From the NCBI GenBank assembly GCA_021776435.1, contig JAJFFW010000041.1, positions 6,351 through 70,350 of the forward strand: a DNA stretch of 64,000 nt, given 5' to 3'. The notes under the pieces are model-generated. The model was given only the letters and a program-made list of their open reading frames with translations, made no database searches and was not told the origin of the DNA. A program made the translations under genes and the position numbers. This document shows positions 1-9,055 of this stretch, one piece after another (position 1 is the stretch's first letter; the number at the start of each line of letters is the position of its first letter). Source of the DNA: Parvularculaceae bacterium (GTDB taxonomy: Bacteria; Pseudomonadota; Alphaproteobacteria; Caulobacterales; Parvularculaceae).

Positions 1-79
1 GTCTTTGCTATAGAAGCGCGCTCTGAAGTCTCGCCCCGCAGGATTCGCGCGGATTAGGAGGGGCGGGCGATTTTCGTTT

Positions 80-164
80 GCGGATGTGGCGGAACTGGTA
101 GACGCGCCAGGTTTAGGTCCTGGTGGGGCAACCCGTGGGGGTTCGAGTCCCTCCATCCGCACCA
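80..164 (+). tRNA. tRNA-Leu (anticodon TAG)
   Basis: 85-nt cloverleaf. Acceptor arms GCGGATG/CATCCGC followed by ACCA; anticodon stem CCAGG/CCTGG with loop TTTAGGT; long variable arm typical of Leu; T-loop GGTTCGAGTCC. Confidence 0.85.
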
Positions 165-192
165 AAAAGCGTGTGTAACGAGGCGAGAAGTT

Positions 193-1530
193 ATGGAAGT
201 CATCGAAGAAAACGCCGAAGGATTAGAGCGGCGGTTTAAGGTAAAAGTTCCTGCGACAGAGCTTGATCAAAAGCTTTTGGAACGCCTCGAGAATCTTAAA
301 GGTCAAATTCACCTTAAAGGATTTCGCAAGGGCAAGGCGCCGGTCTCTTTCCTGAGGAAAATGTATGGCAAGGGCGTCATGGGCGAAATCGTCCAGGAAC
401 TCGTCACTGAGACCAGTCAGAAGGCCTTCAGTGAACGTGATCTGCAACCAGCGACACAACCACATCCCCATTTCCATTGTGACATGGATGCTGTGATCGA
501 TGGCAAAGCGGATCTGGAGTACGATGTTCACGCGGAGATACTGCCTGAGTTTGAACCGATGGAAGTCTCGGAATTAAAGCTTCAGCGCCTGGTCGCGGAT
601 GTTTCGGACGAAGACATTGATGAGGCTGTGAAAAAACTTGCCGAACAGCAGAAGTCTTATTCTTCCCGCAAAACGGGCTCGAAGGCGCAATCCGGAGATA
701 TGGTCGTTGTCGACTTTGTCGGTAGCATAGATGGCGATGCGTTCGATGGCGGTAAAGGCGAGGGTGTCAGTATCATTCTAGGCTCGGGCCAGTTCATCCC
801 CGGCTTTGAGGAGCAGCTTGAAGGTGCGAAAGCCGAAAGCGATGTAGAAGTGAAAGTGACGTTTCCTGCGGATTACGGCGGGGCGGAACTAGCGGGCAAG
901 GATGCAGTTTTTGCCGTTAAGGTTCATGAGGTCAAAGCTCCCGAAGATGTGGTTATTGATGACGAACTGGCGAAAAAGCTAAGCCTTGAAAGCCTTGATG
1001 ATTTGAAGGCTAAAATAAAAGAGCGGCTAGAATCCGATCACAAGGAGCTCTCCCGAGCGCATGTGAAACGCTCTCTGCTCGATAAACTCGATGCGGCGCA
1101 TGATTTTGATCTTCCGCCGAGTATGGTTGATGCTGAATTCAATCAAATCTGGGCTCAGGTTGAGAACGCCGAACGTGACGAAGAAGATAAAGACAAATCT
1201 GAAGACGAACTCAAAGCGGAATACCGTAAAATTTCAGTTCGGCGGGTTCGTCTGGGACTCGTGCTGGCGGAAATCGGCAAACGGGCTGAGGTTCAAGTTC
1301 CCTCTGAGGTGCTCCAGCGCGAAATGATAAATACCGCTCGTGGATATCCTGGTCAGGAGCGCGAGGTATTAGAGTTCTACCAAAAGAATCCTGGCGCATT
1401 GGCTCAGCTTCGTGCGCCCTTGTTTGAGGAACGGGTCGTCGATTACATACTCGAACGGGCTGAGGTCGTGGATGAGAAGGTCTCAAAAGAGGACCTTATG
1501 AAAGAACCAGAAGGCGACGATCTGGCTTAA
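193..1530 (+). CDS. tig: trigger factor (ribosome-associated PPIase chaperone)
   Basis: 445-aa ORF. N-terminal ribosome-binding signature GFRKGKAP. FKBP-like core '...VVDFVGSIDGDAFDGGKGEG...FIPGFEEQLEG'. Synteny tig-clpP-clpX-lon. Confidence 0.95.
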   Translation: MEVIEENAEGLERRFKVKVPATELDQKLLERLENLKGQIHLKGFRKGKAPVSFLRKMYGKGVMGEIVQELVTETSQKAFSERDLQPATQPHPHFHCDMDAVIDGKADLEYDVHAEILPEFEPMEVSELKLQRLVADVSDEDIDEAVKKLAEQQKSYSSRKTGSKAQSGDMVVVDFVGSIDGDAFDGGKGEGVSIILGSGQFIPGFEEQLEGAKAESDVEVKVTFPADYGGAELAGKDAVFAVKVHEVKAPEDVVIDDELAKKLSLESLDDLKAKIKERLESDHKELSRAHVKRSLLDKLDAAHDFDLPPSMVDAEFNQIWAQVENAERDEEDKDKSEDELKAEYRKISVRRVRLGLVLAEIGKRAEVQVPSEVLQREMINTARGYPGQEREVLEFYQKNPGALAQLRAPLFEERVVDYILERAEVVDEKVSKEDLMKEPEGDDLA

Positions 1531-1765
1531 GCTTTGTTGAAGCCTGTCATGCCGGGGGTCTTCATTCCGGGTGTGGCCTACGTTAACTCGTTTACATGGA
1601 ACAATTTCTTGCATTTTTGGAAGAATAACTCTCGCTTAAGCGCGATGGATTATCATAACGATCAGGTGTGGATTTGTTTCGATTGAGCCGACTTCCCATA
1701 TAGGCTGAATCAAGTGTGATAAGCTGTCGCATGTTGCTGCTGCTTCATCGGATTAAGAGGAATTG

Positions 1766-2401
1766 ATGAGAGACCCCCACGATATTTTCATGAATACGCT
1801 TGTGCCCATGGTCGTTGAGCAATCCAGCCGCGGTGAAAGGGCGTATGATATTTATTCGCGTCTCTTGAAGGAGCGAATTATCTTCCTTTCAGGGCCTGTG
1901 CACGATACTGTCTCGACGTTAATCGTCGCGCAGCTGCTCTTTCTCGAGGCCGAAAACCCAAAGAAAGAAATTGCCCTTTACATTAATTCACCCGGTGGAT
2001 CGGTGTCTGCGGGCCTCGCGATGTATGACACGATGCGGTATATCAGTCCCGCTGTTTCTACGATGTGCGTAGGGATGGCTGCCTCAATGGGGTCCTTATT
2101 GCTGACGGCAGGTGAGAAAGATTTAAGGTTCTCGCTGCCAAATTCGAGGATCATGGTGCATCAGCCTTCTGGAGGCTTTCAAGGCCAGGCGTCTGATATT
2201 GAGCGCCACGCACAAGATATTATTGAGGTTAAACGGCGACTTAACGAAATTTACGTACACCATACGGGGCAACCGTATGAAATGATCGAGAACACGCTTG
2301 ATCGTGATCATTTCATGACTCCAGAATATGCGGTTGAATTTGGCTTGATTGATAAGGTTTTGACTGAACGTGCGACCGGATCTGACGAAAAAGAAGGTTA
2401 A
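1766..2401 (+). CDS. clpP: ATP-dependent Clp protease proteolytic subunit
   Basis: Starts '[34 protein letters not shown]'. Catalytic Ser in GMAASMGS and His in [11 protein letters not shown] at 1766 has an AAGAGG SD 6 nt upstream; the ORF track starts 3 nt earlier at a TTG. Confidence 0.95.
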   Translation: MRDPHDIFMNTLVPMVVEQSSRGERAYDIYSRLLKERIIFLSGPVHDTVSTLIVAQLLFLEAENPKKEIALYINSPGGSVSAGLAMYDTMRYISPAVSTMCVGMAASMGSLLLTAGEKDLRFSLPNSRIMVHQPSGGFQGQASDIERHAQDIIEVKRRLNEIYVHHTGQPYEMIENTLDRDHFMTPEYAVEFGLIDKVLTERATGSDEKEG

Positions 2402-2598
2402 ATGTCAATTTGGTCTCGTTGGGAGAAACATTTCTTGATTGAGCTAAGCGGAATATGGTCGAATAATGTGAAAATGAAGGGCATGGCGCCCTTCGTGCAC
2501 GATTTGCGTACGAGCCGCTGATGTCGTCCTGAATGGGACCTGAGCTGTAATGGCAGGCTATCCGTCGGCGTGCGGCGCGAATAAGGAGTATTGTAAGG

Positions 2599-3885
2599 GT
2601 GAGCAAAGTTGGTGGCAAAAGCGGCGGAGATGGGAAAAACACCCTCTACTGCTCGTTCTGTGGAAAAAGTCAGCACGAAGTCAGAAAGCTGATCGCGGGA
2701 CCCACGGTGTTTATCTGCGATGAGTGTGTTGAGCTCTGCATGGACATCATTCGCGAGGAATCAAAGTCTTCGCTCGTGAAGGCAAGCGATGGTGTTCCGA
2801 GCCCGCAGCAGATTCAAAAAGTGCTAGCCGATTATGTCATCGGACAAAGCCACGCCAAGCGCGTATTGGCTGTCGCCGTTCACAACCATTTCAAACGTCT
2901 CAATCACGCCAGTAAGAATAATGATGTAGAGCTGGCAAAATCGAACATTCTTCTTGTCGGTCCGACTGGTTCGGGCAAAACTTTACTTGCTCAGACGTTG
3001 GCGCGCATTCTTGATGTTCCATTTACAATGGCGGATGCAACGACACTGACCGAAGCTGGCTATGTCGGCGAAGATGTTGAAAACATTATTCTGAAGCTTC
3101 TTCAGTCTGCGGATTATAATGTGGAACGCGCTCAGCGCGGAATTGTCTATATAGACGAAGTCGACAAGATCAGTCGTAAATCTGATAATCCTTCGATCAC
3201 ACGTGATGTGTCGGGGGAGGGCGTCCAGCAGGCGCTCTTGAAGATTATGGAAGGCACTGTTGCGTCTGTTCCCCCGCAAGGCGGGCGTAAGCATCCACAG
3301 CAGGAATTTTTACAAGTTGATACGACCAATATTCTGTTCATTGTCGGAGGCGCTTTCGCGGGGCTTGAGAAAGTCATCGCCAGTCGCGGTTCCGGCTCTT
3401 CAATTGGGTTTGGCGCTGAGGTAAAAAGCGCAGATGACCGGCGCGTTGGAGATATTTTACGCCAAGTGGAGCCTGAAGACCTCTTGAAATTTGGTCTTAT
3501 TCCCGAATTTGTTGGTCGGCTGCCTGTGATTGCCACCCTTGAAGACCTGGACGAAGACGCATTGGTTCAGATTTTGACCACACCGAAGAATGCGCTCGTT
3601 AAACAATATCAGCGCTTGTTCGAAATGGAGGACGTGAAGCTGACTTTCACGGACGATGCAAGAGTGGCTATAGCCGGCAGAGCGATCAAGCGTAAAACCG
3701 GCGCACGAGGCTTGCGGTCGATTATGGAGGGAATCCTTCTCGATTCGATGTTTGAATTGCCGACACTGGAAGGCGTGGTTGAAGTAGTTGTGAACGGCGA
3801 AGTTGTCGGAGGGCGGGCGAAACCACTCTACATCTACGAGGAGCGTCGCGATCAAGGGAATGTCGAGGCTGACGCAAGCGCTTAG
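2599..3885 (+). CDS. clpX: ATP-dependent Clp protease ATP-binding subunit ClpX
   Basis: Zinc-binding domain '[11 protein letters not shown]...CDECV'. Walker A GPTGSGKT, Walker [14 protein letters not shown]-loop region 'SIGFGAE'. GTG start. Confidence 0.95.
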   Translation: MSKVGGKSGGDGKNTLYCSFCGKSQHEVRKLIAGPTVFICDECVELCMDIIREESKSSLVKASDGVPSPQQIQKVLADYVIGQSHAKRVLAVAVHNHFKRLNHASKNNDVELAKSNILLVGPTGSGKTLLAQTLARILDVPFTMADATTLTEAGYVGEDVENIILKLLQSADYNVERAQRGIVYIDEVDKISRKSDNPSITRDVSGEGVQQALLKIMEGTVASVPPQGGRKHPQQEFLQVDTTNILFIVGGAFAGLEKVIASRGSGSSIGFGAEVKSADDRRVGDILRQVEPEDLLKFGLIPEFVGRLPVIATLEDLDEDALVQILTTPKNALVKQYQRLFEMEDVKLTFTDDARVAIAGRAIKRKTGARGLRSIMEGILLDSMFELPTLEGVVEVVVNGEVVGGRAKPLYIYEERRDQGNVEADASA

Positions 3886-3915
3886 TGTTTGTTTTCCTTC
3901 TTGGTTTATCCTCAA

Positions 3916-3945
3916 CTTGAAAGTGCGGCGAACAACGCCACATTA
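3916..3945 (+). promoter_or_regulatory. candidate sigma32 (heat-shock) promoter of lon
   Basis: CTTGAAA-N15-CCACATTA, compared with the consensus CTTGAAA-N13-15-CCCCATNT. Lies about 110 nt upstream of the lon ATG. Confidence 0.35.
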
Positions 3946-4054
3946 AGTATGCTTGCCGCTATAGTAGCGCTGGTCGTTCAGTGACCTGTCGCGACGCGGC
4001 GTGAGCTGATATGACCAGAGCGCCATAATGGGCTCTGAGTGTTAGGAGATTTGG

Positions 4055-6445
4055 ATGACCGCGACTGAACAATTTCCAGTCCTTCCGCTACGCGATATCG
4101 TTGTATTCCCAACAATGATCGTGCCGCTTTTTGTCGGCCGCGATAAATCGGTTCGCGCGCTTGAGAATGTCATGCAAAATGACAAGAAGATTCTGTTAGT
4201 TGCGCAAAAAGACGCCGGCGATGATGATCCGGCTCCGGAGGACATCTACGATGTTGGCGTTGTTGCTTCGGTATTGCAGCTTCTTAAGCTACCCGATGGC
4301 ACGGTCAAGGTTTTGGTCGAGGGAGAGCGCCGAGCGAAAGTCGGCAAATATTCGAAAACGGATGAGTATTTTGAAGCGGAGGCAATCCCTCTTGACGAGT
4401 CGATGGGAGATAAGTCCGAGGTTGAAGCATTAGCACGCTCGGTTTTGTCGCAGTTCGAATCTTACGTGAAGTTGAACAAACGCGTACCCCCGGAAGTAAT
4501 CGTTTCAATCAATCAGATTGAAGATACGGCAAAGCTTGCGGATACGGCAGCTTCTCATCTCAATATCAAAGTTTCCGAAAAGCAGGAACTTTTGGAACTG
4601 ACTACAGTTGCTCAACGACTTGAGCGCGTCTACGCGCTTATGGAAGGGGAAATGAGCGTCCTGCAGGTTGAGAAAAAGATTCGCAATCGCGTCAAACGTC
4701 AGATGGAGAAAACCCAGCGAGAATATTATCTCAACGAACAAATGAAAGCGATCCAGAAAGAGCTGGGCGAAAGCGACGAAGGTCGCGATGAGATCGCCGA
4801 ACTTGAAGACAAAATCAACAATACAAAACTTTCAAAAGAAGCCCGCACGAAGGTGGACGCCGAGATCAAGAAGCTTCGGCAGATGTCACCCATGTCAGCG
4901 GAATCAACTGTCGTACGCAATTATCTTGACTGGATACTTTCGATCCCGTGGAACCTGCGTTCGCGCGTGAAGTCAGATCTCGGTAAAGCGCTCGAAGTGC
5001 TCGATAAAGACCATTACGGTCTTGAAAAAGTCAAAGAGCGTATTCTCGAATATCTCGCCGTTCAAAAGCGCACGAATAAGTTAAAAGGTCCGATCCTCTG
5101 CCTCGTGGGCCCGCCAGGCGTCGGCAAAACCTCGTTGGGTAAATCGATCGCAAAAGCGACCGGCCGTGAGTTCGTACGCGTTTCACTTGGCGGTGTACGG
5201 GATGAAGCTGAAATCCGCGGTCACCGGCGTACTTATATTGGCTCAATGCCGGGCAAGGTCATTCAATCGATGAAGAAGGCCAAAAAATCAAATCCACTCT
5301 TCTTGCTCGATGAAGTCGATAAGATGGGATACGATTTCAGAGGCGACCCTGCGTCCGCGCTACTTGAAGTTCTAGACCCAGAACAAAATTCGAGTTTCCA
5401 AGATCATTATCTCGAAGTTGATTATGACTTGTCCGACGTCATGTTCATCACGACGGCAAACAGTCTCAATATGCCGCAACCTCTACTCGACCGTATGGAG
5501 ATTATTCGCTTGCCGGGTTATACGGAGGATGAAAAAGTTGAAATTGCTCGCCGTCATCTCATTCCCAAGCAACTCGAAAATCATGGGCTTAAGGAATCGG
5601 AATGGTCAATCACTGACGAGGGTTTGCATCAACTTATCCGTCTTTATACGCGCGAAGCGGGTGTGCGTAATCTGGAACGAGAAATTGCCCAGTTGGCGCG
5701 CAAGGCCGTTCGGGAAATCGAATCCAGCAAAACGAAGATACTCGTTGTGAGCGTAGATAATCTTGCGGATTATGCCGGCGTGGCTAAGTTTCGTTATGGC
5801 GAAATTGACGGCGAAGACAGGGTCGGAGTCGTTACAGGGCTTGCATGGACATCAGTGGGCGGCGAAATCTTGACTATCGAGGCCGTGAAGATGGCTGGTA
5901 AGGGGCGCATGACTCCGACAGGTAACCTCAAAGAGGTGATGAAAGAGTCAGTTTCGGCAGCTTCGTCTTATGTGCGTTCAAGGGCGACGGAGTTCGGGAT
6001 TGAGCCGCCGGTTTTTGAGAAGACCGACATTCACATCCACGTCCCTGAAGGCGCTACCCCGAAAGATGGGCCATCAGCCGGTGTCGCGATGGCGGTAGCG
6101 ATCGTGTCTGTGCTGACAGGTGTTGAAGTCCATAAAGATATTGCAATGACTGGTGAGATTTCCTTGCGTGGGCATGTGTTGGCTATTGGCGGTTTAAAGG
6201 AGAAACTCCTTGCCGCATTACGAGCCGGTATCAAGAAAGTGCTGATCCCTAGTGATAATGAAAAAGACCTCGCGGACATTCCCGATAAAGTCAAAAAGGG
6301 CCTTGAAATCGTACCGGTCGAAAATGTCGATGAGGTTTTGGAGCATGCATTGGTCAGACCTCTGACGCCAATTGAATGGACCGAACCGACGGCGCCGCCG
6401 GTTTCGGTCGAGACTGTCAGCACAGGTTCAGTCGTTACCCACTGA
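4055..6445 (+). CDS. lon: ATP-dependent protease Lon (LonA)
   Basis: 796 aa. LON N-domain, Walker A GPPGVGKTS, Walker B LFLLDEVDK, protease catalytic site 'PKDGPSAGVAM'. Confidence 0.95.
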   Translation: MTATEQFPVLPLRDIVVFPTMIVPLFVGRDKSVRALENVMQNDKKILLVAQKDAGDDDPAPEDIYDVGVVASVLQLLKLPDGTVKVLVEGERRAKVGKYSKTDEYFEAEAIPLDESMGDKSEVEALARSVLSQFESYVKLNKRVPPEVIVSINQIEDTAKLADTAASHLNIKVSEKQELLELTTVAQRLERVYALMEGEMSVLQVEKKIRNRVKRQMEKTQREYYLNEQMKAIQKELGESDEGRDEIAELEDKINNTKLSKEARTKVDAEIKKLRQMSPMSAESTVVRNYLDWILSIPWNLRSRVKSDLGKALEVLDKDHYGLEKVKERILEYLAVQKRTNKLKGPILCLVGPPGVGKTSLGKSIAKATGREFVRVSLGGVRDEAEIRGHRRTYIGSMPGKVIQSMKKAKKSNPLFLLDEVDKMGYDFRGDPASALLEVLDPEQNSSFQDHYLEVDYDLSDVMFITTANSLNMPQPLLDRMEIIRLPGYTEDEKVEIARRHLIPKQLENHGLKESEWSITDEGLHQLIRLYTREAGVRNLEREIAQLARKAVREIESSKTKILVVSVDNLADYAGVAKFRYGEIDGEDRVGVVTGLAWTSVGGEILTIEAVKMAGKGRMTPTGNLKEVMKESVSAASSYVRSRATEFGIEPPVFEKTDIHIHVPEGATPKDGPSAGVAMAVAIVSVLTGVEVHKDIAMTGEISLRGHVLAIGGLKEKLLAALRAGIKKVLIPSDNEKDLADIPDKVKKGLEIVPVENVDEVLEHALVRPLTPIEWTEPTAPPVSVETVSTGSVVTH

Positions 6446-6678
6446 AGGTGTTTTCTATCTCAATGAGCAGCATAAAGGGTGTGGAAATCTTTGAGTCCCC
6501 ACTCTGCATTTTTGCAAGGTTTGTTGCACCCAATTTTTCCGCGTATCGTAAGCGCGTTGGTGGCGGTGGGGCGTTTGTCTTTTTGGTTTTTAGAGCGATT
6601 GGGCGGCGTTTTTCGACGAGGGCTCATTTTTTCTAAAGCGTGTTGCGCTCAGCGCTCCGGCGCATACGGAGAGACGCC

Positions 6679-7245
6679 ATGGGTAAGACTTTCGATCAGC
6701 TTAATGATGGCCTTCTGGATTTTATTGCGAAACAGAAATTATTCTTCGTTGCGACGGCGCCGCTTTCGATCGACGGCCATGTCAATCTCTCGCCGAAGGG
6801 CTATGATAGCCTTGTCGTGCTTGATTCTCTGACCGTGGCATATATCGACCTTGGCGGTTCCGGTATTGAGACGCAGGCGCATTTGCGCGAAAATTCCCGT
6901 ATTACGTTAATGTTTTGTGCGTTGGAGGGGCCAGCGAAAATACTGCGTTTATACGGTCAGGGCGAAGCGATCACTTTCGACGACCCTCGTTTTGACGATC
7001 TAATGGGTCATTTCCCTTCGTTTAGTAGGGCGCGCGCTGTGGTGAAAATCCAAATCGAACGCATTGCTGATTCATGTGGGTGGGGTGTGCCGTTCTTCGC
7101 GTTTCAAGGCGAGAGAGACCAATTGGCGCGCAGCGTTGTCGCCAGACCGTTTGAGGACTGGACTGCGCACCGCTTCGCCACCAACTCCGTCAGCGTTGAT
7201 GGCCTGCCGGGGTTAACACCGCAGAACAAGGAAACGTCTTCGTGA
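6679..7245 (+). CDS. pyridoxamine 5'-phosphate oxidase-family (FMN-binding split-barrel) protein
   Basis: 'MGKTFDQLNDGLLDFIAKQKLFFVATAP...DGHVNLSPKG' resembles PNPOx-like split-barrel proteins. The ATG at 6679 is preferred over the upstream non-ATG start in the ORF track. Confidence 0.55.
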   Translation: MGKTFDQLNDGLLDFIAKQKLFFVATAPLSIDGHVNLSPKGYDSLVVLDSLTVAYIDLGGSGIETQAHLRENSRITLMFCALEGPAKILRLYGQGEAITFDDPRFDDLMGHFPSFSRARAVVKIQIERIADSCGWGVPFFAFQGERDQLARSVVARPFEDWTAHRFATNSVSVDGLPGLTPQNKETSS

Positions 7246-7676
7246 CGAATCCTCGGTCTTGGACGCCGATGACAACGACCGTAGCACCATTGCGGCGTCG
7301 CCCGCTTTTCCCGATCAGATAAGGCGGAACATTCACCGCATGACAATGTTTTTCTTGAGCTCACAACACTCTAAATTTGCAGAGCCTGGCGGCAATGTGT
7401 TGAGTTTTCACGGACGTGATCTGAGTGAAACGAATCGCACATGCGCGAAACCCTATTAATTACGGCAAGGGGAAGCGTAGAAATACGGGATCTGGGGATG
7501 TGAAATTTATGTTCTTTTTATTTAAAATGCCAATAAAATCAAATAGTTACATGGATATGGCGCTGTGTGGCGCGGAATCTCTCGGTTTTCTCTTTGCCCG
7601 GCGCACCTTCGCGCGCGATATTTGAAGGATAGGAAATCCCTTATAATCCCCGCATCACAGCAGAAAGGGTGGAGGA

Positions 7677-7949
7677 ATGAATAAGAACGAATTTATCGAT
7701 CGTGTCGCCGACTTGGCAGGCATGAGCAAAGCTGACGCTGCGCGCGCCGTCGATGCCGTTTTCGACACCATCACAGAAACATTGAAAAAAGGCGACGATG
7801 TCCGACTTGTTGGCTTCGGAGCATTTTCAGCCGCACAGCGCGCCGCACGTGAAGGCCGTAATCCACGGACTGGTGAAACGATCCAGATTCCTGCCAGCAT
7901 TCAGCCGAAGTTTTCTGCTGGTAAAGGTTTGAAAGAAGCTCTCAACTAA
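7677..7949 (+). CDS. hupB: DNA-binding protein HU
   Basis: 90 aa, 'MNKNEFIDRVA...GFGAFS...REGRNPRTGETIQIPA'. GGAGGA SD immediately upstream. Confidence 0.93.
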   Translation: MNKNEFIDRVADLAGMSKADAARAVDAVFDTITETLKKGDDVRLVGFGAFSAAQRAAREGRNPRTGETIQIPASIQPKFSAGKGLKEALN

Positions 7950-8023
7950 AAATCGTCATCAGCCTCGATTTCTGACGATAAGGGCGCGTAAGTACCCACT
8001 AGATCGATTCTGGGATTATCGGT

Positions 8024-8056
8024 GACAGACAGATGCCTTCCGCGCGTCTGTCTGTC
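8024..8056 (+). terminator. stem-loop downstream of hupB (possible terminator)
   Basis: GACAGACAGA-N13-TCTGTCTGTC, a 10-bp perfect stem. No clear T-tract follows. Confidence 0.3.
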
Positions 8057-8129
8057 GCTGCCTTAAATGTGATAAAGTGGGCGGTCGATGCGATACGATT
8101 GCAAATATTTCTTAGATTCCCTTGTTAGA

Positions 8130-8170
8130 GCATGATGCGAAAAAGTGGGAACCGGTTTTTCGCATCATGC
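8130..8170. repeat. perfect 15-bp-stem palindrome
   Basis: GCATGATGCGAAAAA-gtgggaaccgg-TTTTTCGCATCATGC. Confidence 0.8.
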
Positions 8171-8184
8171 GATAAAACAAAAAT

Positions 8185-8227
8185 CTATAGCAAAATGCCG
8201 ATTCAACCTTATCGCATTTTGCTATAG
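8185..8227. repeat. perfect 14-bp-stem palindrome
   Basis: CTATAGCAAAATGC-cgattcaaccttatc-GCATTTTGCTATAG. Confidence 0.8.
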
Positions 8228-8275
8228 TGCTTGCCTGTGACCTAAGAGCGCGATAGGAAGTGCCCCCTTAGGAAT

Positions 8276-8351
8276 GGGCGGTTAGCTCAGCTGGTAGAGC
8301 ATCTCGTTTACACCGAGAGGGTCGGCGGTTCGAACCCGTCACCGCCCACCA
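8276..8351 (+). tRNA. tRNA-Val (anticodon TAC)
   Basis: 76 nt. GGGCGGT...ACCGCCCACCA acceptor, D-arm AGCTCAGCTGGTAGAGC, anticodon loop TTTACAC, T-arm GGCGGTTCGAACCCGTC. Confidence 0.9.
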
Positions 8352-8360
8352 CGCAGTCTG

Positions 8361-8759
8361 TTGTTTTTTCTCATATTTTCAGAAAGTCATGTAAGGTTCG
8401 AACTCGACCGCATTGCCGAGCGCCGCGGCTACCCTCTCATGATGGTCAGCGATAACGGGACGGAACTCACTTCAAACGCCATTCTTCAGTGGCAGGAAGA
8501 CCGCAAGGTCGAATGGCATTACATCCAGCCGGGAAAACCGATGCAGAATGGCTTTGTCGAGAGCTTTAAAGGGCGACTGCGCGATGAGTGCCTCAACGAG
8601 CATCTGTTCCGCAACTTCGCTCACGCACGAAACGTTATCGAAACATGGAGACGCGATTACAATCAGAACCGACCACACACGAGCCTCAACGGGCTCTCAC
8701 CAACCGAAGTTGCAACCCGGTCCACCTTGGATCATAACCAGAACAGGCCGAGCCTATAA
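8361..8759 (+). mobile_element. truncated IS3-family transposase (C-terminal part of the OrfB/rve DDE domain only)
   Basis: '...[61 protein letters not shown]...[28 protein letters not shown]' is the conserved C-terminal integrase-core segment. The N-terminal two-thirds, OrfA and the frameshift site are missing. Homology appears to start about 40 nt after the tRNA-Val 3' end. Confidence 0.8.
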
Positions 8760-9055
8760 ACGCGGGCAATCAGGGAGCAGGTCAGGCATACCGTGTTCAC
8801 CGAGCGCGGCAGGGTTCATTTGCGCTGCAAAACGCTGAGTTGATGGCAAAATTCCAAGAGTTCCGCTTCTAATACGCGGCGCGAGCGAAGCGCGTTGCGA
8901 ATGAAAAACCCCACTCAGCGTATGAAATCGCGCATGCCGAATTGCGAACTCGAGTCACCATACATTACGTATACAGATGAATAGAGTTTTCGATAGGCAT
9001 TTCAGCTGTCTCGCGAACGCGTACATTCCTACAGCCAACGCCTGCTTAAGAACGC

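Noticed and set aside
1673-1702. Possible sigma32-type promoter for clpP (TTTG-N18-CCCATATA).
   Set aside because: The -35 element is poor (TTTGTTT against CTTGAAA) and the spacing is ambiguous. It is too weak to call as a feature.
6376-6832. ORFs 6376-6636 and 6479-6832 downstream of lon.
   Set aside because: They overlap each other and the lon 3' end or the PNPOx-like gene. They have no SD, and their translations are Arg/Phe/Leu-rich without motifs.
8394-8411. 'GGTTCGAACTCGACCGC' resembles the tRNA-Val 3' arm 'GGTTCGAACCCGTCACCGC' and could be an att-site duplicate.
   Set aside because: It needs an indel to align and lies inside the reading frame that already matches conserved IS3 transposase residues (RFELDR). 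Coincidence is at least as likely.
8548-8838. 96-aa alternative-frame ORF overlapping the IS3 fragment.
   Set aside because: It is out of frame with the clearly homologous transposase segment and has no motif.
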